DNA of 38,015 nucleotides from Catajapyx aquilonaris. Lineage: Eukaryota. Below, in pieces: positions 12,719-33,474 of this stretch (the first letter of the stretch is position 1; each line of letters starts with the position of its first letter). The notes beneath the pieces were generated by a model, which worked only from the letters and a program-made list of their open reading frames with translations, had not been told where the DNA came from and made no database searches. A program made the position numbers and the translations under genes. The DNA lies in contig JYFJ02003771.1 in NCBI GenBank assembly GCA_000934665.2, positions 1-38,015 on the forward strand, written 5' to 3'.

Positions 12719-13938
12719 CCACGAGAAACATACCTGTGCAACTATCAGTCCAAGTCAGCTGTTGAGTGATTTTTAAACTGCTTTATTTCATATCCTTGGT
12801 ATGTAAGCGAAGGTGGGCTGCATATTTTTGATAACCAATGCTGCATTTTTGTTGTCAAGAAAATATTTTACTTAGAATAAGATCAATTTTTGAAATCATT
12901 CAAAAGCAGGAAGAAACAAAGTGCAATATTCATGAGTACATAATTCAGACAATACATGCTCTCTAAAGGGTTGGTAAAAATGGTAGCATAACAAGGTGCC
13001 AAACACAAGCCTAGGGTTATAAATGTCTCTTATCACCTGCATGATCACTTATGACTTTTTCTTTGTGAGGGTAGCGTATGGGGTGACAGGGTATATGTAA
13101 TGGGAATCAGTGTGGAGTGTTGTAATTCTTCCACTGTAAATCAATGTAACCAACATTCCACATGGATATGAAGAACCTCGTGAAATTAAACATTGGGATT
13201 AGAATCTAGTACCTGAAGGGATATCTCGAGATCATATATTCACCGTAAGTGATTTGGCAACTTGTGAGCGTAGTAAATGGTTGTGAATTGTACTTGTCTT
13301 TAGCAATTTGGACTTAGCTCAGGAATTGTCTTCCGGAACTAGCACAAATCGTTTCTTTTAAGAAAACTGCCAAATGGTGCTTCTGAAATTGTACATTATG
13401 CATGCCTAAAAATATTAATACGTATACAAACAATTCCATATCGTCCCACCCATTCCATCAAACTTAGAACAGGGGTCTCAAACACACTGCCAGTACAAAC
13501 ACATGCAGCAGCTGAGCGGCACTTACATTTATGGAATTCATATCAAAATATTTGTCGAGAGTTTAGCACCTGCCCTTAATTTTACATGTTTTGAAGGGAT
13601 TATTTCATTCCCTAACAATATAGTACCTGCAGATGAAATTGAGACTCCAGAATTAGCAGTATTTCACATTGTATAGCATTCCATTGCTCTCTAAAGCATT
13701 TTGAAAGCAATCATGTCGTGTATTTATTTCCAAGACTCAACCCTGTGTTTCCAGCTCTGCTCTATTGCATAAAAGCTCAAAGTCTAAATCAGTATATCTC
13801 TCCGTACTTGAAGACCCAGTTACCTCACTGGCATGGATATCTGTTTGTACCAGAAGCGGAATCTGTTCGTACTTCCAGACCTGCTTCTCAAGTCGGTATA
13901 TATACTTGTTTACTACCAGTCCATCACATACATCAACC

Positions 13939-15249
13939 ATGGCTGTTGTCTTGACACGTAACCTACGCCGCTTCTCCACTGAAGCCCGCCTACCAGACGT
14001 CGTCTTCATAGATGGCGTACGTACACCCTTCCTGCGTGCCGGGACGGCCTTTGCTGAGATGATGCCGCACGATCTAGGACGAGAAGCTATCTTGGGCCTC
14101 CTGAAACGCACCAACATCAGTGCAGACAAGATTGGGTATGTTGCAATGGGAACAGTCGTACAAGAGGCACGCACCAGCAATGTTGCCCGGGAGAGTGTCA
14201 TTGCTGCAGGGCTTCCTTGGAAGGTACCTGCTCATACTGTAACAATGGCATGCATAAGTGGGAATGTGGCTGCGACTAGCTGCATTGGGATGCTACGTGA
14301 TGGTGCTGCAGATGTGTGCATAGCTGGTGGTGTTGAAGTGATGTCTGATGCCCCAATCAGGCTCAACCGGAATATGCGTCGTGCCGTCATCGAGTACAAC
14401 AAGGCAAAGTCACTGTCTGGTCGGGTGCGATCGGTGGTGGATGCCCTCAAGGAGCCAGGGTTGGAGGTACCAGCTCGGAGGGAGTTTAGCACTGGTGAGA
14501 TTATGGGACACAGTGCTGACCGGATGGCTGCATCGTTTGGGGTCACCAGGGCAGAGCAAGATGAATTTGCATCCAGGTCACACCAGATGGCAGCGCAGGC
14601 AGCTGCTGATGGTCATACAGCAACAATTCCAGTGACAGTAGGTGGCAAGGTGGTCACAAACGACAATGGAGTGCGTACAGCTGGGTTGGACCGCCTACCT
14701 AAACTATCCCCTGCATTTATACGCCCACATGGCACAGTAACTGCTGGCAATGCATCATTCCTAACTGACGGTGCATCAGCTGGCTTGTTAATGACTTCCG
14801 ATGCTGCTCAAGCCCTCGGACTAAAACCAAAAGCTCGTTTGCGCCAGTATGTGTATGTTTCTCAAGACCCAACTGACCAACTCCTGCTGGGTCCCGCTTA
14901 TGCAACAGCTGCCTTGTTGGACCAATGCAACATGTCAGTCAGTGATGTGGACGTGTGGGAGATCCACGAAGCATTTGCTGCCCAAGTGCTTGCGAATCTG
15001 AGGGCTCTCGACTCAGACTGGTTTGCTGTGAACCATATGGGTAGGAAGGCCAAGGTTGGGGAGTTACCAATGGAGAAGATCAACAGGTGGGGTGGGTCGC
15101 TGAGTATTGGTCATCCCTTTGGTGCAACTGGAGTGAGGCTGCTGACACATGCAGCGGACAGGCTAGCAAAAGAGGACGGGCAGATTGCAGTGGTGACGGC
15201 ATGTGCTGCAGGAGGACAAGGGGTGGCCATGGTGGTTGAGAGGTGCTGA
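13939..15249 (+). CDS. HADHB: 3-ketoacyl-CoA thiolase, trifunctional enzyme subunit beta-like (436 aa), intronless
   Basis: Single ORF from a good-context ATG (caaccATGG). Motifs: VVFIDGVRTPF, catalytic TMACISG, EFSTGEIMGHSADR, NASFLTDGASA, SQDPTDQLLLGP, HEAF, GHPFGATG and ACAAGGQG, typical of the TFE-beta subfamily. It may be a paralogue rather than the orthologue. AATAAA at 15811-15816. Confidence 0.9.
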   Translation: MAVVLTRNLRRFSTEARLPDVVFIDGVRTPFLRAGTAFAEMMPHDLGREAILGLLKRTNISADKIGYVAMGTVVQEARTSNVARESVIAAGLPWKVPAHTVTMACISGNVAATSCIGMLRDGAADVCIAGGVEVMSDAPIRLNRNMRRAVIEYNKAKSLSGRVRSVVDALKEPGLEVPARREFSTGEIMGHSADRMAASFGVTRAEQDEFASRSHQMAAQAAADGHTATIPVTVGGKVVTNDNGVRTAGLDRLPKLSPAFIRPHGTVTAGNASFLTDGASAGLLMTSDAAQALGLKPKARLRQYVYVSQDPTDQLLLGPAYATAALLDQCNMSVSDVDVWEIHEAFAAQVLANLRALDSDWFAVNHMGRKAKVGELPMEKINRWGGSLSIGHPFGATGVRLLTHAADRLAKEDGQIAVVTACAAGGQGVAMVVERC

Positions 15250-16163
15250 GGAGCAGGATGTGTGTTGCATAGTGTAGGCACAGCCTATGGTTGAAAATGG
15301 ACAGAAGTTATGCAAAGTGAATGAACTAGTCTTGCCTGATTTACTAATAGTGACCCTGACAAAGCAAAAATGCATATTGCTGAACACTTGTTTGGGGTCA
15401 ATGTCCTTCAACTGCAGTGGATAAAGTGACCTTGTAATGGTAGTTTTGGGATAAACTAGTCACCAATTACAATACATATTAACTTCAACTGCCAAGTAGC
15501 TGAAGCAAGTGTAGTGTTACCACGGCAAAAAAACTGATGTCTTTTACCGTGGCACTACCAGTACATCAAAAGTAATTCATGATCGTCCAAGATTACTTCG
15601 AGCACTAGTCATTCTCCATTGTGTAGCTCAGTGACCTGTTCTGTGTTTGGCTAGCTCTCGTCCTTGTGCCTAGAATATTGTTTCACAAGAGGCCAGCAAG
15701 TAAATCCTGTGACAACATGATGTAACACTGACAGGGTGTAGTCGGGGCAATTCCATGGCAAATCAAAACGTACAATCCTTTATATTTTGTTTAATGTCTT
15801 TTGAACAACCAATAAACTGAATAGATTATGAATCTTCTTCCTGTTTGTAATTCCCATTTGCAGATGTCTAACGTTACATAACAATTTGAAAAGTTGAAAA
15901 TTATTGTTGAAGAGCATGTGGCAAAACCAGTAGGCCTACCTATGCCCTTGTAAGTACATCTGAAACTCATTATTGGCCAGAAACACTTCCAAATGTTAAC
16001 AGTGAAATGGAAACAAGCCAGGAATACTATTTGTCACGCCCGTATTTTTTTTATTTGTCAGTATAAATTACCTATGACGAGAGACATCAAATGACAATAA
16101 ACAGCGGAGAAAATCTCCTGGAAAACCCCCACATCTTCCTTCCGTGAACTGAAACCTGGCACA

Positions 16164-17264
16164 CTATTTCCCCTTCCTCTCATCGGTAAGACTGTTGTGC
16201 ATCTTGATCACATCTGGCTCGAGCAGGTCATACAGCAACACTCCATTACTGTCAAAGTAGTTGGCCACTGACCTCTTCACCTTGGCCTCTCGCGTTGCCC
16301 CAGTCTTCCCATTCTTGTACACCAATATCAAGTGGTACATGTCATCATATCTGCAAAGAAGCCCAGTTAGTAACATGTAGATAACATTATTTTGTAATGT
16401 GCACACACTTTTTCAGGTATGAGCTGGCTTCCCACATGTTGTCTGGATCGATGCCGGCCTGGTCCCGCTGCAGCATGACTACAAAGATGCCCTTCTCCTT
16501 GTAGGCAGTGTAGAAAGTGAGGATTCCCATCATGACAAAGTAGGAGGACACGCATATGATGAGGACGGGTCTGGACTGCGGGAAGGGATAGAGGTAGTCC
16601 CACAGCAGCGCAAACATCGCCACCAGCACCGCCACGCCGCATATCAGCAGCCGGCCATCCATCAGCGCAAAGCTCTCCACATAGTTGTACTTCTTCAGCA
16701 GCACCTGAAGCCATAGTAAGTTCAGCATTACTTTCAGGAGTACCACACGTATTGCTTCAACTGGACCCCATACCTACGACAACTTTCAAATATGCTAGTT
16801 AATAAAATTCCAGTAATTATGTACATAAAATTTTGTCAGCATGGCTTTCAAACGTGTATACTACATAGTTAAAAGATGTAATGTGGTCGGCACCATCTGT
16901 CAGTTGATTAATCGGTGCGGTAGGACTCACCGCTTTGACTGCATCATCCAGCGCGTTTTTGACAGCCGATCCGTCCCATTTGTTCACCTTGATGGGCTTG
17001 ATGTCCTGCAATTAGCAGAGAGGAGTTAAATAACCGCTTGACACGTTGCTGTTTGAGAAGTTGTTTTGTGTTTGGAGGCGTGTACCAAGCCTCGCCTGCC
17101 ACGAGGCCTCTCCACGCTCTGGCTTCGGGAGTGTCGGCGAGTCATGACCGCCAGACTCAGACTGACCGTCCGACCACATGCCGAACACACCCCGGCCAGA
17201 GTCAAACGCGGTAACAACAGATTCAATGCCGCACCTGGGAGTTTTCCTTCGCCTTCGCCGCCAT
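16164..17264 (-). CDS. SPCS2: Signal peptidase complex subunit 2 (SPC25), 195 aa
   Basis: Exons 17264-17235, 17005-16931, 16704-16409 and 16350-16164 join in frame with GT-AG introns. Motifs: [21 protein letters not shown], two hydrophobic helices around [14 protein letters not shown], and KEKGIF. Poly(A) signal on the minus strand at 16050-16055. Confidence 0.95.
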
Positions 17265-18236
17265 CTTTGACACGAAACCAAAGTCCGACAAGCGCAAGGC
17301 GGAATATTTGATCAACTTAAAAAGTCGTCTATTTACTTAAAAATGGACGCCATTTGCATTGAAATAATACGCAAAATAAATAGGCAAATTAAATAAAATG
17401 CAAACGGCAGGTGTTGAATGCGGCAGTTAAATTGATTCGGGGTGCCAGCCAATCAGCGCAGGGAAAGTGCTGCACGTGCCACGTCGTATAAATCTCCGCT
17501 AAAAATTAATATATCGCATCATGTCGCATTTATCTGTACTTGTAGTAATTAAAATTAAAATTAACGAGCCATTTTCGGCTAGGGTCACCTCAATTGCTGT
17601 TCCGATCGATAGGTGTCACTACCATCGCTGGTGACGTCACTCGCATTCGTTTACACCTTCAAGTTGTGTACTGGTAGATTGAGTTCAGCCAATCATGGAA
17701 TAGGTTGGTGGGTGTGTGACCAATTACGGACAGCACGCATGCGTATGTGGCAAGTCGCTAGTTGGTGTAAACGGAGATCCTCCCCTCCTCTTTGCCCTAA
17801 AGGCATGACACTAAGCGCTATTATCAACTCTCTTGTAGCTGCCTGTTGCCACCAGCTATCTTCCTGGAAGTAGCAGCGATAATGCAATGTAGCAGCGACG
17901 ATGCAAGAACACTGCGATTTTCCACCCCCTCCCCTCCCACCCCACCCCTCTTGTACCCTCTACCTTCCTTTGTGTGGCTGCGGGGCTGGAAATCGGGGGT
18001 GCTGAGAACTGTGTGTGCTTGCAACCCAGAAGCTGGGAAGATTAGAAGGCCCGAAAAGTGCACGATTTTACAGACTTTGCAACACTTAACCCGTGCGCAT
18101 AACACACTCCAGAACCCGTTTTAGAAGAGTCGAAGGAAGTGAGGGAACACCCCGAGGAACAGATCAATCCCAATTTTTTTCACTTTGCGGCGAGAGAAAG
18201 AAGAAGAAGCCCGCATAACAATCCAGCTCCTGTAAT
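17265..18236. promoter_or_regulatory. Bidirectional promoter region between SPCS2 and DDX3
   Basis: The start codons diverge ~970 bp apart. CCAAT at 17449, 17689 and 17720; E-box CACGTG 17473-17478; palindromic CRE GTGACGTCAC 17631-17640; NRF1-like palindrome ACGCATGCGT 17735-17744; YY1 consensus AAGATGGCGG (minus, 17258-17267) overlapping the SPCS2 ATG. Confidence 0.65.
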
Positions 18237-28246
<10,010 letters not shown>

Positions 28247-31200
28247 GGTGTCCACACCCAAGCTAAAGAAATCTCATCTGCATACGGGAATAAATCCAGA
28301 ATCTAAAAATTACATGCGTATGATGAAATGGCCGAGAAATCATTGGTAGGAAAGCAAAATTTTAAAACCAAATATTCCCGATTCCCACTGCAGATTTCTT
28401 ATTTTGCGAACAATTAGCACCCATTACTAAGTAACTAAGAGCTACTGGGGAGCAAAATTTATTTGCAGTTTTGTTTAGCCGATGTTTTTGAAGGTTGAAC
28501 ACTGTACCAGAGCCAAATTAAAGATTTAAAACTGAGTCGGCCATTGTTAGTCGAATTGTTCAAAATTTTTGAGTGGGTAGTAGTTCTTTTGTAATTCTCT
28601 TTGGGTCTGGTGATGATGCAGCAGCTCCATTTTTTATGGTGTGAGAGTGCAGTGCGTGTCATTTTTTATGATATAAAGTCTGAAGTGGTGTTTTAGAACA
28701 TTGTGTCAACGTGAATTGAAGCAGAAGGAAGAATATTGTCACACACTCTGATATGCAGATCCTGTGGAGCTGTTGCCAAATTTTCCCCCTCCTAATTAGT
28801 ACACCCAATTTTGTTATAAGTGGAAAAAAATCGTAGCGTAGTCATGTGGACAATTTTTTTTTTTGTTTTTTTTTTGTTTTTTGAGTCAGCTTTAGATTTG
28901 AAAAATTATCTCAGATATAATCCCATTTTTTCGAGCAATGAAAGTATTAATTATTTCCAGTCTTTTTAGCACCAGTGCTTGTTGGTGGAAGGAAATTAAG
29001 AAAGAAAAAAAAGGCACGGCACTTTTTTTTATTTAGAAGTGTGTCTGAAAGAGAGAAAATTTGCCGTGTTTGGTAGTTAACTTGGTTCTTCTCAGGAAGA
29101 GCTTGGCGAAGTTTTGTGTTTCCATGTATCAGTGTTTTTGCCGTCCCTTTGTGAAGAGGTTTAAGACATACACACATAAAAAAAATACAACTATTTTGGT
29201 GGGTTTGCCTCTTTGAAGTGAGGGAGGGACTTTTTTTTTTTCCACTGGTGTGAATGAAGCAAACTCACCCCTTGTTATAGATTTAAGAAAAGTGAAAAAA
29301 AAAAATAATAAGATGCAGCTCTTGTTTGTTGTCTGCGTGTTCAAACAAAAGCGAGAACAAGTTCGTGGACCAAATCAATTTAAATGATACAGGAATGTAA
29401 ATTGTTATGGTGAATAGCGTGAAAAATGATTTAGGCGAGGCTGGATTAATTTTTTTCTTCTTTGGCTGTTAGTCCGGAGGAAAAAAATGATAATGATGAA
29501 AATGCGAGTGGACGGCGTGGATGGTTTTTAAAAACACAAAGATAAGTGTAATTGTATAATGACTGGGAATTTTTCCAAATGTTCAACTAAACATGAGTTA
29601 CAGGTGGAAAAAAATGGTAACGGAGACACATAGTTTTTTGTCCTAATGTATTCCAATGAGTGTTTGGCAGGCCTGGTTGTGAATTTATAACAATTGAGAA
29701 TGAGCAGTGGGCAAAATGCAGTTTGTGCGGGGTAAATTTTTGGAAGTAAACGCTGTAAAGTGGCGGGTGTCTTGGGGAAGAAAAAAAAAGATTAGAAGCC
29801 CGGCTGTTGCACCCTGCAACCACGTGCATGGAAGATTTTTTTGCATACATGGCAATGCGTTTGGGGTGCAACAGCCGCACTTGTCGACCATTTCCGTCTC
29901 TCTTTTTGCAAAGTTACAAGCATTTGGGTGCTCACTCGAATATAGCTGGGAAATCCTCTGCCCCAAAGTTGTGTACAGTATTCATTGAGGGGGGGGGGGT
30001 CAAAACTGCAATATTTTGGAATGGGGAACAATGAAAAAAAACTATATAGATATAATATATATAATGTGGGTCGAGTTTTTTGCAATAATGCCGGATTTGC
30101 CCCTCAGAACATTTACGTGTAGATGTGTTTGCAAATGCAGAGTCCCGTGTTATTTTTTACAGTGGACATAATGACTGAGCAAGATAATATGGGGTGTAAG
30201 GGTACTTGGAATGCAGAAGAAAAAATTTTTTAACTGTGGGCGTAACTGCTGAAGCACTGCCATTCCTGTTTCCCATCGTTGAAGAAAAGTCGTACAATTA
30301 CGCGAGCAGTAAATGTTGGCGGGGAATATGCCCACCAGATGCGAAATTTTGTAGGGTGTTTTGAGTGGCTCTGAGGGATTTGAAGGGGTGGGGTGGGGGG
30401 TGGAGATAAGTTGGGGTGAGCACAAATGTACATAGAAGTATTTACCTGATTACTGCTCATTCTGGTCAGGGGGCCAGGCGCAGGGTATAAACTATGAGAA
30501 AAAAAATAATAGGTCTGCATTTTTTTGGAAAGCACTTGGCCTTACTGCAAATTTTTTCTTGCCTTTGGGGAAGGGGATGTTTTTTGTTAATTTTGAAAAG
30601 TGAGGTACACACTACATGATAAGGCCAGTGCTTTTTTTTGGTGGAAGAGAAACTGAGGTTTTTTGCAGAGATCTATCCCCCTTTCATGTCGCATTTGTCA
30701 CAAGAACATGTTTGTATCACTTCAGAAAAGAAATCGTACCCATTTTTTAAACGGTGGTCACCAATGTTAAACTAGTCAGTGTGTCCGCAAAGCGTGAGAC
30801 ACTCGGTGACAATTGACATTGGTGTTTTCAGTGTAAATGTCGTACATATAGGTTCCTTTCATTTTTCTCTCAATTTTTTAAAATTTTTATTTATTTTTTA
30901 TTTTTTGCAATCGGGCAGTGTTTTGAAGTTGGAAGGGAAAACATTCCATCCGGGGAAATGTTTGAAAACTACTTGTAGATTACGTTAGTTCTTTGCTGCA
31001 ATTTATGTTTTCCTAGGGGGAGGGAGTAAATTAAAACTCCTCCAGTCCACTCCCTGCGTAACCAAAGTTAAATATGGCTGCCAGAGTATTACAAGTTTTC
31101 AAAATGTGAAGATGAGAGTTGGTTATCCTTTTTTGCCTCAGCGTCTGAAGTGCATTTGCATATTCTAGTCCCTGTAGGTTTCTACTATGGCCAGTTTTGT

Positions 31201-32948
31201 GGCCACCATTTTATTTTTTGTATACAGAGCTTATTTTCTGCTCTTGTTTTGTGTTAGCTATTAATTGGGAACAACCTGCGCTTCCTACAGGACCAAACCT
31301 TGCGTGTGCGCCTTAACAAAATGCTGTGTATCTTTCCCACTTTTTTAAAAACTTTTTGTTGTTTTATTAGTCGCATGCTGTGATAATTTGGTATTTTGCA
31401 ACTTTAAATTTGGCATTTTTTTGTTGTCTTTATTTGGTGCTATACGATTTAGTTACGCTTTACGTTGCACTTCGGTGAACTGTTCACTATTCACACGTTA
31501 CAAGTTGTTATAAAATGCCTTCGCAATGCAATATAGTTGTAAATCACAAGTGAATTGAGTGGGCGGTACTAGAATAGAGTCTTCCATTGCCATTCTCGAG
31601 AGGCTCAACTGCCCCCTGTAACTACAACTGTTGATTTGGGTTTTTTGTTTTTTTCCCAACCCAACCCCCTCCAATGTGTACAGTGGTTTGTATGCCTACA
31701 GGGTCTGAGAGGAAGAATAATGCTCTTTAAAGTACTTAAGGGAGAAGAAGAAAGAAAAGAAAAAAAAGAAATGCAGAATCACATTTTTTGTCCTTGTACA
31801 AAATAGAGATACACTATTTTGGCTCGTACGTAGTACCTGGCAGATTTTAAAAAGTGAGCGTGAGATGAATTTCGCGCTGTAACTTCACGCGTGTCGTGGG
31901 GAATCGAGATATAAAACTCCTGAACTGTTTTTCCACGGGTGCGTATGAGGTGCACTCGTCTCAATTTTACAGCATTTGTTGCATTTAAAAAGGGGATGAA
32001 ACGTAAAACTTTTTATTATTATTTTTGAATTCTTGTGCAAGTGGTTTGAACTAGACTGAATGAGACCACATGTTGCGAGTGAAAGTGATGTGTGAATGAC
32101 CAATTATTTTTTCCGCTCGGGTGTCTTAAGTTCATTGCACTGGGTTGCAAATGTATTATTATTGTAGCAGAATGAAGTGATGCATTTTTTGCAGACGGTC
32201 TGCAAAAGTTCTTTTTTTTTTAAAGGGGCTGTCGGCTCATGCCACTAGGTTGTTTTTACCATTTTTTGGTGAGCCAACGCTCTAATTGTTCCTGTGATGA
32301 AACAACTAAGGGGGGTCTCTGCATTGAGGTATTTATTTTAAACCCATCTAACTTATTTTGTTAGACAATCCTTCATGTCCATTGTAAGTTAAACCAAACC
32401 ATCATGCATGAATCATTATATAAAAACTCATCATGTGACCAGTTTCCAGCCCATTCTTGTATTGGTCGTAACGAGAGCTGCACAAGTTCTTTACTGTTTT
32501 CCGTGGGAAGGAAGATGACTTTTTTTTTTTTTTTTTTTTACAGGGATGGCAAAAAAATAATCTATTGTAAGACGATCATCACATAAATTGCTCTTTTTGA
32601 TGTAGTAATGTAAGCATAATGGAATTCAATAAAAATGAAGGTTGAGGAAATAACTGCCTGTCCTATTATTGCTTGAGTGTTCCTGTGGAATTGTATGAGT
32701 TTCTGTATTTGGCTGTTACAGTACCGAGGACACCCAAGTTGAAACAACCTCGTGCAGTCGTGCGAGAGAGTGCTAGCCGAGAGTGATGGTCACGGTCCAT
32801 TCAGGCTTACAGGTAGATAACCAGCCAGTTCATCATTGTCTGCAATAGTTGATAAACATTATTGATGCACTTATGAGAAACTGTAAATGATGTCTCAAAT
32901 ACAAAATATGGTAATAATACTGGGCATGGAATTTGCATAATTTTAAAT

Positions 32949-33030
32949 TAAATATAAGGTATAATCAGGTATAATATAAGGTAATATACTGTAAGGTATA
33001 AGTGGGTATAAGGTATTAAATATAAGGTAT
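32949..33030. repeat. Degenerate tandem repeat of TA(T)AAGGTA
   Basis: About seven imperfect copies; TAAATATAAGGTAT occurs at both ends. Confidence 0.6.
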
Positions 33031-33280
33031 TCAATAAATGGAATATGCGTTAAGCACTGAAACTTGTAAGTAAGTAAGTTGCACAGAGATCATGGTGTGG
33101 ACCATGAGGTCCTCCAGCATGCTGTGTTGTTGTCTGCTTGTTTGTTTGTTTGTTTGTTTGTTTGTCCACCCGCGTCCAGCGTGACGATCAGCTGTTTTGA
33201 AAAAGCAGACTCGCCGCGCCAGCCTTTGTTCATGCGGCGGGGAGGATAAGGCTGGATGCGAGTGCCCGGCGCCTTGCGGT

Positions 33281-33299
33281 CCAATGAGAGGAGCCCACG
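33281..33299 (+). promoter_or_regulatory. ER stress response element (ERSE-I, CCAAT-N9-CCACG)
   Basis: CCAAT-GAGAGGAGC-CCACG matches the consensus exactly and ends ~175 bp upstream of the DNAJC3 ATG. Confidence 0.8.
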
Positions 33300-33474
33300 A
33301 TCGCAATGGAGGCGCCCTGACCAGCAGTCCAGCAGGAGAGGACACGACTCGGGGAGGAAGGAAGGAAGGAAGGTTGCCCGCTGCCGGTCTGCCCCCCACC
33401 CACAAGGAGAGACGAACGAAGCCTCGGCCGGCCGGACTCGAGCACCAGAACAGACAGAGAGAGACCGAGAGAGG

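Noticed and set aside
12716..12721. Stop-codon readthrough at PCCA (TGA-C)
   Set aside because: The context is TGACCA rather than the TGACTA motif, and the protein ends at the expected position.
13765..13938. 58-aa N-terminal extension of the thiolase shown in the ORF track
   Set aside because: It starts at a non-ATG codon and has no thiolase similarity. The ATG at 13939 has good context and is followed by a presequence-like leader.
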